20,000 nt of DNA from an uncultured virus (IMG/VR IMGVR_UViG_3300043774_000843) (lineage: Duplodnaviria > Heunggongvirae > Uroviricota > Caudoviricetes), in IMG/VR virus record IMGVR_UViG_3300043774_000843, one strand, 5' to 3'. The position numbers and the translations under genes are program-made. Shown in pieces: positions 16,549 to 20,000 of the stretch (positions within the stretch are counted from its first letter, which is position 1; the number at the start of each line of letters is the position of its first letter). The notes under the pieces were generated by a model. The model saw only the letters and a program-made list of their open reading frames with translations, did not search any database and was not told the origin of the DNA.

Positions 16549-17868
16549 TTATTGAATATTAAGTTTAGATAAAGTAGCTGAAATGTCAAGTGAATATTTT
16601 TTATTTATTTCTTGAATCTTTGCATTTACTTTTTCATTGAATTTTGCAACATCTTGTGAATTTTTTAATGAACTCATTAAGCCATTTTGATATTTTATCA
16701 TTTCAACAACAGCTTGTTTTTCATTATTATTAAAAGCTAATAAAATTTCTTTTAATTTTTTAATTATTTCAGGTTTTTTAGCACCTATTTGTGCATCAAA
16801 ATCTTTTTTTGTTTTATTTACATCTTGCCCAGTAGCTACTGCCATAGCAACAAAATTATTTTTAGCATTTTCAATTAGAGTATCGGCTATTTTATCGTCA
16901 TTACTTGCAGAACTACCTCCTTTAAATTTATTAAAGGCATAACCTAAACCTCCACCAATACCTGCACCTAATAAACTAAACGCTAAAATATTTTTACTAT
17001 TCTTTTTAGCATAAAAATATCCTGCAATACCTCCTATAATTAATAAAATATTAAAAGGATTAGCTATATCAAATGAAATTTTTTTTGTTTCAATTACAGG
17101 TGCAACTGTTTCAGATTCTAATTGCTTTTGAGCATCTTCTCCTCCTCCATTTTCTTCCTCATTTTCAGGTGAAGCTCCACCGCCTCCGCCACCGCCACCA
17201 GCAGCTCCTCCACCGCCTCCACCCCCTGATGGCGCAGATGGTGCAGATGGTGCGATAGGTGCAGCAATAGCAGGTAATGCTATTGCAGGTGTTAATACGA
17301 CAGGAGTAACTGATGGTGTTATTGCAGGTCTTGGTGATATATTTTCAGTTGTGTTTCTTTTTGGTGTAATAGAGGCTAATGTACCAGTAGGAGTTCCGAA
17401 ACTAATATTACCCAAATTTATACTTGGCGTTGAAATAGCGGTTTCGGTAACTGTACCTAAAGTTGAAGTTCCCCCTCTTGGAGTTGTTGTTCCTCTTGGG
17501 GTTGTTGATATAGGCGCAGTTTCAGTTGCGCTAAAAATTGTTCCGCCTCTCGGTGTTGTAGTTCCTCTTGGTGTCGTTGATACAGGCACAGTTTCAGTTG
17601 CGCTAAAAATTGTTCCACCTCTCGGTGTTGTAGTTCCTCTTGGGGTTGTTGATATAGGCGCAGTTTCAGTTGCGCTAAAAATTGTTCCACCTCTCGGTGT
17701 TGTAGTTCCTCTTGGGGTTGTTGCAGGAGGTGATGTTTTAACAAAAACAGTTTTTGGAGCAACAACTCTTTGCTGAACAATACCTCTTGCATTAGAGAAC
17801 TTTTGCCTTACATATCTTGTTGTTATTGGCGAATTTTCGATAATATCGCCATTTGTTAAATCTAACAT
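16549..17868 (-). CDS. Low-complexity Thr/Pro/Gly-rich membrane protein with TM hairpin and helical C-terminal domain
   Basis: 439 aa; 24-aa tandem repeats, AP-rich and poly-Gly segments; ILLIIGGIAGYFYA and ILAFSLLGAGIGGGLGYAF. Confidence 0.85.
   Translation of the reverse strand: MLDLTNGDIIENSPITTRYVRQKFSNARGIVQQRVVAPKTVFVKTSPPATTPRGTTTPRGGTIFSATETAPISTTPRGTTTPRGGTIFSATETVPVSTTPRGTTTPRGGTIFSATETAPISTTPRGTTTPRGGTSTLGTVTETAISTPSINLGNISFGTPTGTLASITPKRNTTENISPRPAITPSVTPVVLTPAIALPAIAAPIAPSAPSAPSGGGGGGGAAGGGGGGGGASPENEEENGGGEDAQKQLESETVAPVIETKKISFDIANPFNILLIIGGIAGYFYAKKNSKNILAFSLLGAGIGGGLGYAFNKFKGGSSASNDDKIADTLIENAKNNFVAMAVATGQDVNKTKKDFDAQIGAKKPEIIKKLKEILLAFNNNEKQAVVEMIKYQNGLMSSLKNSQDVAKFNEKVNAKIQEINKKYSLDISATLSKLNIQ
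17467..17721 (-). repeat. 72-bp coding tandem repeat, about 3.5 copies
   Basis: Unit TTPRGTTTPRGGTIFSATETAPIS; copies are near-identical in DNA. Confidence 0.95.
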
Positions 17869-17883
17869 AATACTTTTTATTAA

Positions 17884-19014
17884 TTATTTTTTTCTCATAG
17901 CAACTATAACAATAACAGAAGTAAGTGCAAGAACTCCAACAGTTACAATTCCAAAAGTTATTGGCGACATACCTAATATTTTAACTTCTTTTTCTCCTTT
18001 TTCATCAACTCCTTTATCAGTTGAATCTGATTTTTCTTTATCAGCATCTTCTTTTTTATCGTCTTTTTTTGCTAATAATACAGTTGCAACATCAAGTGCT
18101 GCTTTTGTAAATTCTTTAACTCCACCTGAACTTAACCACTCTCTTAATGGTTTTTTACTTCCACTTTCTTTGTGAGCCTCTACGATAACTTTAGCTTCAA
18201 CTATATCAGTTTGAGGATTTGCAATAACTTCCGAAGCCTTTTTATCAGATTTATTTTTTTTGTTGAAAGTTTTTTTAAACCAATCCCCTATTCCGTTAGA
18301 ATAATCTTCACCGTCAGCATTTAACAAACTTGTATTTTCTGTTAAGCCATCTAATAAACTTTCATTAATTAAATTAGAGTATTCCCCATCTGCATTTAAC
18401 AAACTTGTGTTTTCAGTTAATCCATCCAATAAACTTTCATTTATTAAATTAGAATGTTTTTCTAAAATACTATCATCAAGTCCACTTGCGTTTGATAAGT
18501 CAAGACCATCAGCTCCATATTTATTCATTGCTGCATTTATGTCATCAAGTCCTGTGAAATTAGAAGCAATTGGCATTTCATCTTTAATTCCAAATCTCTT
18601 TTTAGCTTTTTCAAGCGCACCTGAATAATATCCTTTACCTTCTTTTTTTACAACATCAACGAAGAATGGCTGAACTTTATCTCCATCAATAAATTTGTTT
18701 GCTAATCCACCTTTTTCAATTAATTGTAAGTATTTTTTTGGCTCTCCTAAAGGTTTACCTTTTTCATCTCTATTGATATAAAAAACCATACTTCCTTGAA
18801 TTTCTTCCAATTTATTAACGTAATTATCATCAAAAGAATTACCTTTTTTAGCTAATTGCATTTTTCTTGGTCTTGTCCCAACTAATTCAAAAATAGTTAA
18901 TTCTTGTTGTGGCGACCATAGATTATCAGTTGCAGATAAATTCCCTGAAACTATATCACGTTTAGCTTCACTTGATTTCATTTTAAGATATTCTTCTTTA
19001 GACATTAATTTCAT
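17884..19014 (-). CDS. Tail-anchored membrane protein with a divergent KILGM anchor and repeated NADG motifs
   Basis: 376 aa; KILGMSPITFGIVTVGVLALTSVIVIVAMRKK. Confidence 0.85.
   Translation of the reverse strand: MKLMSKEEYLKMKSSEAKRDIVSGNLSATDNLWSPQQELTIFELVGTRPRKMQLAKKGNSFDDNYVNKLEEIQGSMVFYINRDEKGKPLGEPKKYLQLIEKGGLANKFIDGDKVQPFFVDVVKKEGKGYYSGALEKAKKRFGIKDEMPIASNFTGLDDINAAMNKYGADGLDLSNASGLDDSILEKHSNLINESLLDGLTENTSLLNADGEYSNLINESLLDGLTENTSLLNADGEDYSNGIGDWFKKTFNKKNKSDKKASEVIANPQTDIVEAKVIVEAHKESGSKKPLREWLSSGGVKEFTKAALDVATVLLAKKDDKKEDADKEKSDSTDKGVDEKGEKEVKILGMSPITFGIVTVGVLALTSVIVIVAMRKK
18307..18453 (-). repeat. 75-bp coding tandem duplication
   Basis: SNLINESLLDGLTENTSLLNADGE occurs twice, with synonymous DNA differences. 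Confidence 0.9.
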
Positions 19015-19025
19015 ATCGTTTTTAT

Positions 19026-19346
19026 TTAATTTTTAAATTTTGATTCTCTTTTTGTATCTATTTTATTCAACTCGTAAGCTATATATCCACCTGATAATGC
19101 TCCTATTATTATTCCTAACATAATTTTTCTGCCGATTAATAACCCCCCAATCCCTCCTACTAATCCACCTATAAAAGCACCTTTAGTATATTTTTTCACT
19201 TCGGTATTTTCATTTTCTATAAAATTAGAAAATACATTTTTATTTGTTTTTCTAAAAGATTTTTTTTTATTAATATTTTTTTTAACAACCTTAGTATTAT
19301 CAAGTCGTTTAAATTTTTTTCTAATTATTTTTTTAGAATCAATCAT
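19026..19346 (-). CDS. Basic membrane protein with glycine-zipper TM hairpin
   Basis: 106 aa; K/R-rich N-terminus; GAFIGGLVGGIGGLLIG and GIIIGALSGGYIA. Confidence 0.8.
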   Translation of the reverse strand: MIDSKKIIRKKFKRLDNTKVVKKNINKKKSFRKTNKNVFSNFIENENTEVKKYTKGAFIGGLVGGIGGLLIGRKIMLGIIIGALSGGYIAYELNKIDTKRESKFKN

Positions 19347-20000
19347 TAACTATTCACTTGATTTTGCGGTGTCGTTGAAACATTTATTTGAACACTACCA
19401 GTATTGGCAGCATTTGAATTAGGAATATTAGGTTGTTCAGGTAGTAATACATCAGAAGGTACAGTAAATGCAGGGTCAATAGGTTTTTCAGGAATAGGTG
19501 TTGATGCTTGTGTATTATTAGGTGTTGTTACGTTAGGTTGAGCTATGTTTTTTAGCGCATCTAAGTCGGAAGATTTAGGATTTAAACTCTCTAATCTCAT
19601 TCTTTCTTGTTTTTGTTTATCAAAATATTGATAAATAAAATATCCTGCAACACAAACAACTGTAATTCCTACAATCCATAAAATCGTATTGTCTTTTTTA
19701 TTTAATTGGCGTGTATCATTTCCTGTTACAGACGATTTCAAACCAACCATTTCTTTTAATTGTCTTTTAAAAAGTTTTTCCTTTTTAGGATAATCAATAA
19801 AAGTTTTGGCAATTATTTCTATTCCTTTTGTAATTCTATTAAGTATTTTTTGCCAACTTAAATCTTTATTGTTTTTAACAACTTTGTTGCTTTCTCCAAT
19901 AAGAAACGATAAACCTCTTACAAATTTTTCGTTTTTTTTGATTTCGTCAATAACTATATCAACAAGTTCTTCGTAAGATGCCTTTTTTTTGTGTTTAATT
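19346..20000 (-). CDS. Membrane protein, 5' end outside the window
   Basis: The frame of the 134-aa track ORF stays open to 19999 (IKHKKKASYEELVDIVIDEIKKNEKFVRGLSF...QLKEMVGLK). TM ILWIVGITVVCVAGYFIY; P/N/T-rich tail. Confidence 0.8.
   Translation of the reverse strand, partial: IKHKKKASYEELVDIVIDEIKKNEKFVRGLSFLIGESNKVVKNNKDLSWQKILNRITKGIEIIAKTFIDYPKKEKLFKRQLKEMVGLKSSVTGNDTRQLNKKDNTILWIVGITVVCVAGYFIYQYFDKQKQERMRLESLNPKSSDLDALKNIAQPNVTTPNNTQASTPIPEKPIDPAFTVPSDVLLPEQPNIPNSNAANTGSVQINVSTTPQNQVNS

Larger units (their letters stand above)
1..20000 (-). mobile_element. Probable viral or virus-like genome segment (structural/entry module)
   Basis: Single-strand dense packing, mostly unknown genes, SLT, JAB, many small TM proteins, no housekeeping genes. 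No hallmark capsid or packaging gene was positively identified. Confidence 0.7.

Noticed and set aside
16548..16589. Track start giving an N-terminal extension MTFQLLYLNLIFNK
   Set aside because: It overlaps the upstream gene; ATG at 16547 fits the local gene packing better.
17457..17792. 111-aa alternative-frame minus-strand ORF with QHREVEQF repeats
   Set aside because: It is open only because the 72-bp repeat lacks stops in that frame; nested in the 439-aa gene.
1203..18628. All plus-strand ORFs in the track (e.g. 11623..12111, 17351..17776, 9804..10148)
   Set aside because: They lie antisense to well-supported minus-strand genes and have the F/L/S-rich composition expected of shadows of K/E-rich genes.
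1..20000. Alternative genetic code
   Set aside because: Genes tile the strand almost completely under the standard bacterial code, so no stop reassignment is needed.

Overview
AT-rich window with 29 tightly packed genes, all on the minus strand, often coupled by TAATG/ATGA overlaps and preceded by A-rich leaders with no Shine-Dalgarno. About 21 of the 29 products have a predicted transmembrane helix. Recognisable domains are few: a YVTN beta-propeller, an SLT-type lytic transglycosylase, a membrane-anchored OmpA-C-like peptidoglycan-binding protein, a RadC-like JAB domain and an HExxH zinc peptidase. No terminase, portal, tail or housekeeping gene is recognisable. My best reading (inference) is the virion-structural region of a large, probably lipid-containing virus or virus-like element of a Gram-negative, Bacteroidota-like host. 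The most striking patterns are: (1) three soluble proteins built from unrelated modules separated by [YF]xxGG motifs and sharing one C-terminal domain; (2) five membrane proteins ending in a near-identical 108-bp tail-anchor cassette, four with a two-Cys motif around a variable loop; (3) a second recurrent motif, [YFL]-S-N-A-x-G / NADG, in the membrane proteins; (4) two paralogs sharing an N-terminal segment followed by different inserts. Together these suggest a proteolytically processed, modular cargo and display system. All assignments are by eye; no database searches were run.
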